This document shows positions 26,592-39,437 of a stretch of 64,000 nucleotides of DNA, piece by piece. Under the pieces are notes generated by a model. The model worked only from the letters and a program-made list of their open reading frames with translations, was not told the DNA's origin and searched no databases. This stretch comes from Octopus sinensis (Eukaryota), in the NCBI RefSeq assembly GCF_006345805.1, contig NC_042998.1, forward strand, positions 141,236,001 to 141,300,000, given 5' to 3'. Numbering within the stretch: the stretch's first letter is position 1; each line of letters begins with the position of its first letter. The position numbers were made by a program, and so were the translations under genes.

Positions 26592-27029
26592 TAATAATAA
26601 TAATAACAGCAATAAAACGTTTCTAACAATAAGAAACCGCTAACCGGTGAATCAACTCCTAATGAGCAAATTCAATGGTAAACATAAAAGTTTGATCAAG
26701 TGATATTTTATTTGAATCTAACAATAAGTTGGTACAAAGGCATATTTATAAGCATATATATACATGTACGTATTAGTAATTAAGAGAGAATAAGGAGAAA
26801 AACAGAAGGATAATAAGTGCCCATTAAAAATACTGCTAAACAATAGAAAAGGCAATGTTCTTAGCCTAAGTAGTCTTCCAGAACGTTTTTTGATGAAAGA
26901 AAATTTGAAACATCACAAAAGAAGCCGTAAAATGTAAATCTAACATGGAATGTAAACGCGACTTAAAATGCTGTTTCTAGTAAGAAAGATGAAAATGAAT
27001 GGCAAAAATTAATCAAAGAACATTTGGCG

Positions 27030-27955
27030 CAATCATTACTGTGTGGTTAAGAAGTTTGCTTTGTAACCTCGTGGTTTCAGGTTCATTCTCACTGCGCAGC
27101 ACCTTGGGCAAGTGGCATCGAGTGTTGTAGCCCTGGGCCAACCAATGCCTTGTGAGTGTATTTGGTTGTTGGAAACTGCGTGTAGACACGTCGTATATGC
27201 GCGCGCTCGTGCTGTGTTTGTCGATCCATCACCACTTGACAATTGGTGTTGTTTACAATCGGTTTGTTTACGTCTCTCTAATCTAGCGGACCGGCAAATG
27301 TGACCAATAGAATGAGTACCAGACTTTAAGAACATATACTGTAAATCCTCGAGTATAGCCCGCCCTTGAGTATAATACACAGGGGATTTTTAGGGGGCTG
27401 TACCTCTGAAAAACCTAAACCTTGTGTATAATACGCACCCTTCTCTAACTTGAGTCAAGGAGGTCTATATAACGTCCTTGGTTTGTAAAAATGTATACGG
27501 TAACGTCCTTTATTATTATTATTGTATATATAACATGATGCAAACGTGTAGCTTTTTTGTGCATTTTGTTTGCAGAAAATAAAGAAATAACAGTAATAAC
27601 TTTTAATAAATATTGCTTACTGCAAGTTATGGATGATTCTTTTATGACTTCATTGCTTTCAGGCTTAGCTTAAGGTATTTTCGCGCCCGACATCACAAAA
27701 TGCGTCTGAATAAACATTGCCGGACAGCAAATAGAGACTCGGACATTGCTTAGAAAATATTTTTCATATTTAACCTCGTATATAGTACGCACTAAGGATT
27801 TTGACCTTTAAATTTTCGGGAAAAAATTCGGATTATACTCGAGGATTTACGGTATGTAATGGAGGAGGGGAGGGTCGATTTGTTTGACTAAACCCTTCGA
27901 TGCGGTGACCCCAGCATGGCCGCAGTGCAATAACTGAAACAAGTGAAAGATAAAA
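27030..27955 (+). mobile_element. SINE family B split by a MITE insertion
   Basis: tRNA head plus CORE-like GCACCTTGGGCAAGTG; tail CCCCAGCATGGCCGCAG...ACTGAAACAAG resumes after 27854. Confidence 0.8.
27339..27852. mobile_element. pogo/Tc2-type MITE, 514 bp
   Basis: TIRs CTGTAAATCCTCGAGTATA / CCGTAAATCCTCGAGTATA (18/19); TA on both sides. Confidence 0.85.
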
Positions 27956-28004
27956 TATGCATCAGACGAAACTTCAGTAGGCGTTTAAAAGGGATAAGAC
28001 AGCA

Positions 28005-28912
<908 letters not shown>

Positions 28913-28969
28913 ATAATAATAATAACAGCAGCAATAACATCTGTATCTGTAGCTGTAGTCCTAATTCAG

Positions 28970-29020
<51 letters not shown>

Positions 29021-29704
29021 AAATGATCATACAAACTGATTATTCTTTTGATCTTTAGTCAATTATGGTATTATTGTCAATTCCAAGGCATTTGTTTAAT
29101 ATAAATTTAATATAATTCCTTCGATACAAGAGATCTCTGTAAACATCGAGTAACACTTGTTAATATTGGAGAGAAAATGGCTTTATACCGCTTGTTCATT
29201 AATACATACATACATACATACATACATACATACATACATACATACATACATACATACATACATACATACATAGAGATTGACGTGTGTATGTGTGTGTGTA
29301 TACTTAGAGACAGACATATATGCATCCATGCATACACACATTCATACATACACGGATGCAGACATACATACATAGGTAGATACATACATACACACATACA
29401 TATACATATACAAAAGGGATAGAGATTCAGGAAAAACACTAAGATGTGATAACCGATGCATGCTTTGTGAAGTTAACAACGAAGATATCCAACCTGGACA
29501 CCAAACCGCTAATCCGTTAATCGTTAATTAACGAAGTCAACATTTTCGTTAACGGTTTAACTTTTAAGTTAACTTTGGAAATCCTTATCGGACTAATTAA
29601 ATTCCGTTACATTTAACTTCTGTTAACTCAAGTCAACTTGAGTTAATTTCCGTTAACTTCAGTTAAATTGGGGTCAACGGATTTTATAGTTTTGGCACTT
29701 GTAG

Positions 29705-30503
29705 CGTTGCTTGAAAATGTCACCACGGTATTTTCTATGGATGAGACATGACGTTTCAGCTAGGACATTGCATAATGAGATCCATCGGAAGGATAACCCC
29801 GAGGCCAAAGAAATAAGAACCTTCAGTATGGTAGAAGCCATAGCCACTCATAATAAAATGGAGTACTGGTAGAATGTCTCAGTGAAAACCTCAATAAAAT
29901 GTGAACACAATAAACCTGATATAATGATTTGGGATAGAGAAGTGAAACTGTACACTTGTGGAAGTCAGCTGCCCAGCGGATGTTAATGTAAAACTGAAGA
30001 CCAGTGAAAAAGAGAATAGCTACACTGAACTATTGAGGAATCTGCAGCTACTCTATCCAGATTACAAGTTCAGGTTTATACCTGTAATTATTGGAGCACT
30101 GGGATATGTAACATAATGCCTAAATACCAATCTTGAGAGATTAGGCTACTCAAAGCCAGAAAGGAGAAAGCTTATTCCAAGACTACAAGTTCAAGCCATC
30201 GTTGGAACTGTAAAAGTCTGTAAAACTTTCAGAAGTTTAGCATGTATGATCATGTCTAAATATGCAACTATATGCATGAGAATACATACATAAAACAAAA
30301 CATACAAATCTGCACATACATACATACATACATACATACATACATACATACATACATACATACATACATACATACATACATACATACATACATACATAAT
30401 ACCCTGTTGATGTTGTTAAAATTCCAATTAAGGAGCCTTAGGTCTAGGTTAGAAACCGATTCTTTCTCTATGGGCAAGAATCTTGAAATAAAACTGAATA
30501 ATT
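29705..30503 (+). mobile_element. 5'-truncated RLE-type LINE (R4/Dong-like), endonuclease domain plus 3' UTR
   Basis: RHDVSARTLHN...EHNKPDIMIWDRE...VEVSCPAD...FIPVIIGALGYV with stops and a frameshift; (ATAC)n in the 3' region. Confidence 0.8.
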
Positions 30504-30508
30504 ACATA

Positions 30509-30626
30509 CTGTAAATCCTCGAGTATAGTCCGCCCTTGAGTATAATACGCAGGGGATTTTTAAGGGGCTGTACTTCTGAAAAACCTAAACCTTGTGTATA
30601 ATGCGCACCCCTTCTCTAACTTGAGT
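30509..30626 (+). mobile_element. Truncated copy of the pogo-type MITE
   Basis: Near-identical to 27339-27458; TA before 30509. Confidence 0.85.
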
Positions 30627-30649
30627 CGTACGTAATTAAGCCAACAGGA

Positions 30650-30705
<56 letters not shown>

Positions 30706-30714
30706 TATGAGAAA

Positions 30715-30865
30715 CTTCTTTCGGTCTCTGTCTATCAAATCCACTCACAAAGCTTTGGTCGGCCCGAGGTTATAGTAGAAGATACTTGCCCATGGTGCTA
30801 CGTAGGGGACTCAACTCGGGACCATGTAGTTGGGAAGCAAGTCTCTTACCACACAGCCAGCGCCT
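30715..30865 (-). mobile_element. SINE family B, 5' half
   Basis: Head AGGCGCTGGCTGTGTGGTAAGAG...GGGCAAGTATCTTCTACTATAACCTCGGGCCGACCAAAGC. Confidence 0.8.
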
Positions 30866-31568
30866 ATAGTAGTTTTAAATTTTATACTTTTGCATCAATG
30901 CTTTGAAAAATATAATTTGGTCTAGGATCACGACCCCCCCCCCCCAAAAAAAAAACTCAACAAATGCAAAAGCAACTCTTTAACCCGAAAACGGAACAAA
31001 AGGAAAGAAAACCCTTTTAATTCTTTGTCTCACGCTGTCCAGTTCCAGATCAACATACATATTTCTTATAAGATTGTTATTTCGAAAGATAGAATATACT
31101 AATCCGATGGTGCGTTACCTCACGAATATATTTAAGGAATATGGTAAGAAAGAATTTTCTAATTGAAGTTCGTGATGTTTTTTGCAATGTCGATCATGTC
31201 ACATGGATTTATAATCGCATAGAAACAAAAAATAAAAGGTTTTTTTCTTCTTTTTTAAATTAAGTGATATAAAACAAAAAATGTTTTTCGATGTTTTCAT
31301 TCTCGTTGTTGACAATAATATATTTGAGCTGACAGCAAGATGGAACCTTTTGAAATGTTCCATCAAATACAAAACATTAGATCTTTTCTTTCTTTTCTTT
31401 TTTTTTTTTTTATCTCAGAATCGGTTTTCGGATAGGGATTAAATTTTCTTTGGATCAAATCACTACTTTTTGCTGCCTATAATACCAATGTCTATGACTG
31501 CTGATAACTACTTAGATTAGGAATGGGTCTTATACAGAGTACAGTGCAGTACAGTAATATATATATAT

Positions 31569-31729
31569 CAGTGCTTCGCAATCGGTATGCCACGGCACAC
31601 TAGTGTGCGACGTGACGATGCGAGGTGAGCCGCAGTGTAACCTAAGTATAATTTTTTTTAGTTCAGGTGCGACGCCGAATTTTTAAAAGAACATATGTGT
31701 ACCCGCAAGTGAAAAAAGGTTGCGGAGTA

Positions 31730-31732
<3 letters not shown>
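31569..31732. mobile_element. hAT-Charlie-like MITE, 164 bp
   Basis: TIRs CAGTGCTTCGCAA / CAGTACTCCGCAA inside a (TA)n tract. Confidence 0.55.
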
Positions 31733-31772
<40 letters not shown>

Positions 31773-31876
31773 ATATGTATTTTAATTTTTTTAAAAAATT
31801 TATTTTATTTAGTTTCAGTTCACAAGCTGTGGCCATGCTGGGGTACCGGCATTTGGTGTTGCTACATGATTTTACT

Positions 31877-34830
31877 TCACGAATGCTTTTTAGCAAATGC
31901 CATCTGGTGCATGAGAGAGTTCGATGCAGCTGCCCTCATCTGCACCTCCTGCCGTGAAGTTGGTTCATCTGGGACACCTGACAAGAAGAGATCCAGTTTC
32001 ATTTTAAAGACATCTGCATTCACCCCATGAAGGTCTCTTAGGTTCTTCGGGAGGATATTGAAGAGCTGTGGGCCTCGGAAGCCCAGGCTATCACAGTATC
32101 TTGTCCTACATCTTGATGGCAAATTTGGAGTCCTTGGCACTGTGCAGTGGTGCCCAGTTCTGGCATTTGTGTAACTCTCGATGCCAAAGTTTGGGACAAG
32201 TCCTTCTAGGATCTTCCAGATGTATATTATGGCATATCTTTCTCGCCTACGCTCTAAGGAATAGAGTCTCAATCTCTTGAGTCTTTCCCAATAGCTTATA
32301 TGCTGCACAGAGGCTATCTTCTTCGTGTAGCTTCGTTGGATCGCCTCAAGTTCTGTGATTAACTTAACACTGGATGGTGACCATAGCTGAGAGCAATAGT
32401 CAAAGTGGCTTAGGACAAGTGTCCTCCAGAGGACCATCATGGTTTCCTGGTCTCTTGTTCTAAAGGTTCTAAGAATCCATCCGGTCAGCCGCCTACATTT
32501 CATTGCCAATTTAGCAACATGCACATGAAAGGTTGCATCATCACTCATGTAAATACCCAGGTCTCGCACTGATTGTGCCTCTGGGATTGCAATCCCTCCA
32601 GGTCCAGTGTATTTATTGGGTATTGCATTTAGTTTTGCATGCTGATAGTATAAAGCTTGAAACTTTTCAGCATTGAACTGCATGCTATTCTTTTCAGCCC
32701 ACTTGTATATTTTGTCCAGCTCACATTGCAGGTGCTTAGTGTCTTCAGGGTTCTGTATTGCCTGTGAAACTTTTGTATCATCTGCATAACTTGTGATCGT
32801 GGCTCTCTGCGTGGCTGGGGGCATGTCTAAGAGGGCTATTATGAACAGTAGTGGTCCCAGAACAGTGCCTTGCGGAACACCGCTCACTATTTGCGTGTTA
32901 ATGGAAGTGGCCCCATTGGCTACTACCACCTGACTTCTATCCTTCAGAAAGTCATGAAGCCATTCTCTCAATTTTCCAACTATGCCAAGATCACGCAGTT
33001 TGTGACATATCATTCCATGATCGACTTTATCAAAGGCCTTTGCAAAGTCGAGATATATGACTTCCACATTTGAGTGGTTGAGCAGTCGTTTCAGCACCCA
33101 GTCATAGTGTTGCAGGAGCTGAGTTAAGCAGCTTCTTCCTGGTCGGAAACCATGTTGGGTGTCAGGCAGCAAGTCATTTTCTTCAAAGAAGGTGATTAGT
33201 TTCCTTCTGACTATTCGTTCCATGACCTTGCTGATGTGTGAGGTCAGAGAGATAGGTCTGTAGTTCTTGGCCTCCGCTCTGCTACCTCCTTTATGAATAG
33301 GGCATATTTTACCTTCCTTCAGTTTTCTTGGAAGTTTGCCAGTTGCAAGGAAGCTCTGAAAGAGGAACTGCAGTGGTCTTGCTAGGACTCTCTTATATAC
33401 TTTTAGAAGGATTGCTGGGAATCCATCGGGCCCAGTAGCTGAGTTTGTTTTCATTTCATCAATAGCCTTTATTACATCGTCTTCCTTTATATTGATGTAA
33501 TCAATCATCGCTGCCTCTGATTTTATATCTGCAGTGGTAAAGAAGTCAGTTGGATTGCTGACTTGAAAATGCCTTAGGGGTGGAGTGAAAATACTCTTGA
33601 ATTGCTCATTTAGTATTTCACTTACCCTCATTGGATTTCCTGTGAGTCTGTCATCCTTTTCAAGGAGTGGCACTATCCTACAGTGCACCGTAGCTGTTTC
33701 TTTGGCATACCTGTAGAAAGCTCTGGGGTTAGATTTTATGTTGTCTATAGCCCAGGCTTCTTTGTCTGCTCTTTCTTTTTCATGGGAGAGTTGCAGACAT
33801 TTTTCAATTTCCAACAGTTTTATTTTCAGGCAGGACTTTTCACTGCTTTCAATTTGTTTGTTTAGGCGATTTGAAACTTTTGCACGCCGTCTCATTAGAA
33901 TTTTCCTCTCTCTGGGGATTTTGCTCTTGTGTACAGTGGCCTTTCTCTCTGGGACACATTTGTAGCATATGGCTTGCATTACAGACATGAATTATTGAAG
34001 TTTCATGTCGATGTCTGGCGAGGATAGACATTCAGGCCAGTTTTGTTTGATGATCTCTTTCTCAATTTGTTTCCAGTTTGCCTTATGGAAGTTCAAGCTG
34101 GAAAGATTCTGAGAGTTTCTTGTAGGCTGCATGTCCATGCTTTCCTTTGGCCCGTACATGGTCAGCTCTACCATGTTGCGATCCGAGAGTAGTGTCGGCG
34201 TCACTTTCACATTATGGATGAGATCCATGTTATTTGTGAAGCAGAGATCCAGTATGTTACCTGCCCTGGTTGGTTGGAGTATTACTTGCTCCTTGTACAG
34301 AGTGTTGATGAGGTTCAGGAGGGACCTCGCCTGTCCTCGTTCACATCGTGTCATGGGAGAGAAAGGCCCTCGGGCCGTCTGACATTGGGTAGATTGAAGT
34401 CTCCCATAAGAAGTACACTTATGTGTTGTTCTAATGTGACTAGAACTTCTATTTTTATAAGGCAGTCTTCAAACTTGCCTACATGGCTTGGGGCATCTGG
34501 AGGGCGATATGTAGCACATATAACTACACCAAGTTGCCTTATATGTACAATTAGTGTGTCACACACCGAATTTGAGTATGACAAAAGGACCAGGGGTGTG
34601 AGGTCCTCACGGATGTACATAGCAACTCCTCCATGACTCCATTCTTTTCTGTCGGTCCGTAGTACAACATACTGTGGTATGTGTATTTCCGCATCTGCTA
34701 TGTCCGATTTCAGGTGTGTTTCCGTAAGTGCTATGCATAAGGCTTGATTGCATGCAACAAAGTCTCTCAAGAACGGGATTTTTGTCCTATTACTGAGTGT
34801 TAGCAGTCCTCTGATGTTCAGTAGGAGCAT
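31877..34830 (-). pseudogene. LINE ORF2 (APE-RT) with one frameshift (~34355) and one nonsense codon (33992-33994)
   Basis: LLLNIRGL/ALTETHL/YRPP/MGDFN; YRPISLTS, QHGF, YLDFAKAFD, GVPQGTVLGP, YADD; ORFs 33992..34354 and 31877..33988 are in the same frame. Confidence 0.93.
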
Positions 34831-35330
34831 CGAGGTGAGGTGTATACTGTTGCCGGCGGTGTCCACCTTGGATCTATTTGCTGTGGCAGTCTTGTGTATT
34901 GTGGATAGTCCCATCTGCGAGTTTGAGTTTGATGGAGCCAGGTTAGCTGCTGTACAATCTTTTGTGCCATACAAAAAAAATATTCTTGTTCAGCAGCCGC
35001 CCTTTCAATAACATGTTGGCGGTTTGTAGCACGCACCACATCTGCGTACCTCCGTTTTGGGGCAGGTGGTGCGTGGTCCATTCCTTTTCCTTTTGGTAGT
35101 TGGTTTCTGACCTGTTTCGTGTTTATGTGGCAGGGTCTTTGATGTGCAAAACGGCAGCCTGCACCTTCCTCTCCATGTCAGCAGACACCTTTCATTCGTG
35201 TGCGCTGTCTGTTTCTATCCTTTTTGGTACATGGATAGTCAGGTTTACTTCTATCCTTGGCTGTTTCATCTTTTGGTTTTGTTTGAGTTTTAGTTTTTCC
35301 TTCTTTGGAAATAATTTAGACATACTTTGA
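34818..35330 (-). pseudogene. LINE ORF1 C-terminal remnant
   Basis: ORF 34818..35081 plus an upstream Cys/His motif (VC*HGEEGAGCRFAH); its stop overlaps the ORF2 ATG region by 13 nt. Confidence 0.55.
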
Positions 35331-35432
35331 TAAATAGATAGGTTTCGATTTAAAATGGTTTAGGTTTGTTTAATAATAGAATAATTTTATATAAGATAAT
35401 ATTCCCATTCATAAATTTGTTTATAGTAATGA

Positions 35433-35990
35433 TAGTATTTTTTAATATTATATTACTAAGTAAGGAATATTCCTATAAGTATGTAGTTGAGTATCTGTGT
35501 CTACTGGATTTGTTCCTCCTCTGTGTTAGAGCATTGCAGTGTGAATACGGTTATGTATGAATGATTGTATGTGTGTGTGTGTGAGTATGCATTATTAATG
35601 TGTAGAAATATTGTCTTTATGTATTTGTGTATGTATAAATATATACGTGTGTGTGTGTTTGTTTACGTATTTATATATGGTTATTACATATATATAGTAT
35701 ATAGTATTTAATATTTTACTAAGAATGAAATATTTCTATAAGTTTGTGGTTGAGTATCTGCGGCTACTGGATGTTATATTTCCTCTGTGTTATTATCATG
35801 CTGAGAGAATATGTTTATGAATGAGTGATTGTATGTGTGTGTGTGGGAGTATGAATAAGTAATGTGTAGAAGTATACGGCTACATTATAAATTTATCTTT
35901 CTCTATATGTTTATGTGTATGTATAGATATATATATGTGTGTGTGAGTTTGTGTATGTATTTAGATATGTTTATATACATACATGGATAT
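35433..35990. repeat. Two diverged tandem units of ~265-270 bp
   Basis: TAGTATTT..TTACTAAG..CTATAAGT.TGT.GTTGAGTATCTG.G.CTACTGGAT at ~35433 and ~35702. Confidence 0.75.
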
Positions 35991-36228
35991 ATGTGCATGA
36001 GCATGTGTGTATATATATTTTTTATTTTTTGTTTTTTGTTTTTTGAAATTAGCTATTTCATCTTTAAATATGAGAATTTAAATACTAGGTTTCATTATAT
36101 ACAATCGTTTATAGAGGTTATTTTAGTTCTTGATTATGTATATTTTCATTGATAATTTTATATTTTATATATATTAGTCATTTCAAATTTATATCTTAAA
36201 AATATTGATTATATTTTAGGTCTTGAAA

Positions 36229-36274
36229 CCACCTGATGAATGTCCATAGAAGTGACAAGAAACGATCGTAGTGG
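36229..36274 (+). ncRNA. Minimal type I hammerhead ribozyme (PLE-type)
   Basis: CCAC-CUGAUGA-A-TGTC(9 nt)GACA-A-GAAA-CGATCG-UA-GTGG; predicted cleavage after 36270. Confidence 0.82.
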
Positions 36275-36510
36275 ATATCTTAATTATATTTAATTTATAT
36301 AAAATTTTTTATGTATTGGATTAAGTCTTTCTTGTTTGATTTGCATAATAGTGGTTTTGTCTCTAATTAATATTATATTATATTTTACTATAAAATTGGA
36401 TTCAATCCTAAATCTGATTTTTCCCTGTAAATTTGGATTTATTCCCTAATATTTATGATATATATATATATTATATATATATATATCTATAATATATAAT
36501 AATATATATA

Positions 36511-36556
<46 letters not shown>

Positions 36557-36612
36557 TATATATATTATATATATATATATATATAATATAATATAATATA
36601 TTATATATATAT

Positions 36613-36683
<71 letters not shown>

Positions 36684-36686
<3 letters not shown>

Positions 36687-37555
36687 GGTGTGTGGAAAGT
36701 AACTAGGCATTAGAAATTGCTTATAGAAATTTAAGTATCCTTAAGTCATGACGAAAATATTTTTAAATATACAACACCAATGGGAATTTCTTATTTTCTT
36801 ATTTTCCACATGACTGGTCGCTTGACTGTTCAGAGCGAATTAAGATAGTTGCACGCTATGAAGTATCGAATTCTATTGTTTTGGTTTAGAGATGGTGGTG
36901 TGCATGGAAAGGTAAGCATGCAACACTACGTCCGGAGACAATAAAAAGTTGTCATGCAAAACTGATGATCACGGGATCTGTGAACGATGCAAGAAGTGGC
37001 CGTCCAACCACATCCTGCGGAGAACGTGGCAACCGTGCAGGAAATGTTTAATCGCAGCCCGCAAAAATCAACACGTCAAGCAGCTCGTGAAAGTGAACTA
37101 ACAAGACACACAATACGTACGGTGTTGCATAAAGAACTGAATTTTCGTCCGTGGAAATCCTATTACCTGAAGACTGTGGCCGTGGAAATCCTATTACCTG
37201 AAGACTGTGGCCGTGGAAATCCAGAAGTCCAGATCTCATTCCATGTGATTTTTACCTTTGGGGCTATGCAAAAGAGGTGTACAAGACAATATCTCGCACA
37301 CTGGAGGACTTGGAGACATGGATTTAGGAGGTTCTCAATGATATCCCAGACAACGTCCTTCAGAAGGTTGTTCATTCCATCCCTGGCCGTTTGAGGAAAC
37401 TGGTTGACGCCACCGGTGCTTACGTTGAAATATGAAAATTTACTTTCATATTCACTTGTAATAAAGAACATGTTTCATTTGTTTCCGTAAATTTGTAAAA
37501 GAAATGTGGATTTTATTACACATTTTTAATACTTACTTACTTTTCACACACCCTG
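36684..37555 (+). mobile_element. Internally deleted Tc1/mariner (maT/rosa-like), 872 bp
   Basis: ~28-bp imperfect TIRs (GGTGTGTGRAAAGTAA); N-terminal HTH (SPQKSTRQAARE) fused to RSPDLIPCDFYLWGY. Confidence 0.8.
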
Positions 37556-37564
37556 TGTGTGTGC

Positions 37565-37795
<231 letters not shown>

Positions 37796-37899
37796 ATTAT
37801 TGTTGTTGTGTTGCTCTTGTTATTTAATCGGAGGAAACGCCATTCCAATGAACTTGACAATCACTCACAATAGGCGGCCACTTTGATTTACGCAACTTT

Positions 37900-39320
37900 T
37901 CTTAGTGATTACAATACAAACTTTTACGCCCTTCTTCACTTCCTCCTGACGACACTCCTACGCAGACGATACCACAATTTCTTTGTCGATGCCCTTCTGC
38001 ATACAAGCATAATTCATACTCAACCTAGACACATCATGTCATTTGCTTCTATAATATAACATTCTTTAGACTAGTTTCTTTTAACAGAGCCAAGGTGCAG
38101 CCACTACACGTATCTAAGAAACAATCTTGCATTTCACATTCCTGAAGTGTGAACAATATAAACTGTAGCAGGAATGCTGGCAGAATTCCTAATAGCAACT
38201 CATTGCCTAGAAATTGAACCCAAATCATTCTGTTTAGACATACAAATAAGTATAGACATCGAAACAAGATTTTGTTGGGGATTGATGACGTCGACAAGCC
38301 ATTCAAGTCCTTAGTTGACACATTAAGAACATGTTTTTGTCAATAGATGGGCTGACTAACTGAAACACAATAGACGAACAGATGCTTAGAATTCCGGTTG
38401 TAAACAGTGTATTGTAATATCATTAACGATTTTGTCTTTGGCGGCTTTTCTTTGATAGGTCATTAGGGGTATATAGACGGTTTATTGACCAGTAATCGGG
38501 ATACAACTAAAGTTAACAAGCTGAAGGAACCTACACCACGCTACAAGAATTCGGCTACAGAATGCAAAGATTACTACACTCAACTATCATTATTGTCGCA
38601 CCCATCTCTCATGGACGTCACAACGACTACCTCCTTTTGTCAACGATAAATATTTTTGCATTTGGATTTCACGGAATTTTTTTCTTCAAACAATCATCTA
38701 AGTACAAACCTAAAAAAAAACATCATAGTTCTTACAACTACTACGCCTAACTCCAATCATTGACAATCTCTTGTACTTAGCTCACATATGCAATATTGTA
38801 AAAGACAAGACAAAAAGGCTAGGATTCGTCTTCCAAATCAGAAATAATTTCAACATCGAACAATTGCTGGATCTTCATAAACCAAAATTAAGACCCACAA
38901 TGGAAGACTGCTATCGTATCAAGAATGGTGTTATAACGAAGTGCACAAACACCTCAATCCTTAGCCCGCATACAAATATGACCGTCCGGCTGATTGATAA
39001 TGATTCCCTCAGCAATATGTTATAGTTCCAAGTTCACATGTGTCGTTTCTGCTCTCTCTCTCCCCTTCCCTCCCTTCCTCTCTCGCTCATCCTTTCCCTC
39101 TGTTTCTGCCTGTCTGTCTCTGTCTGTCTGTCTGTCTGTCTGTTTATCTCTCTCTACTACAGCAGGAGCTGTCCCCGTTCCAAGCTAACAAGCTGTATAT
39201 CAACCGATGCATTGACTACTTCCTATGTCTCACAACTAAAATCCTTCGAACGCTAGTCTCTTCACCTTATCTTTTCTCTTACGATCCTTTCCGGCGTTCC
39301 TCCCATCTTGCCTTGGCTTA
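37900..39320 (+). pseudogene. Highly degenerate Jockey/L2-group LINE RT, 3' portion
   Basis: AKVQPL; HICNIVKDKTKRLGFVFQIRNNFNIEQLLDLHKPKLRPTMED; SYDPFRRSSHL echo RT C-terminal motifs. Confidence 0.5.
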
Positions 39321-39437
39321 ATAAACTGTATGTACAGTTGAATTTAAATCGTTTTAAATCGCCATCATAAATCCTCACATTCGGTCTCTACTGTTTCAAT
39401 TTCTAAGACTATAGTCAACGGAACAAAACTAAACTGC

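Larger units (their letters stand above)
31797..35330 (-). mobile_element. CR1-group LINE, 5'-truncated within ORF1, nearly complete ORF2
   Basis: APE endonuclease + RT + CR1-type C-terminus (YSLERRRERYAIIYIWKILEG); short 3' UTR with an A-rich end. Confidence 0.92.
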
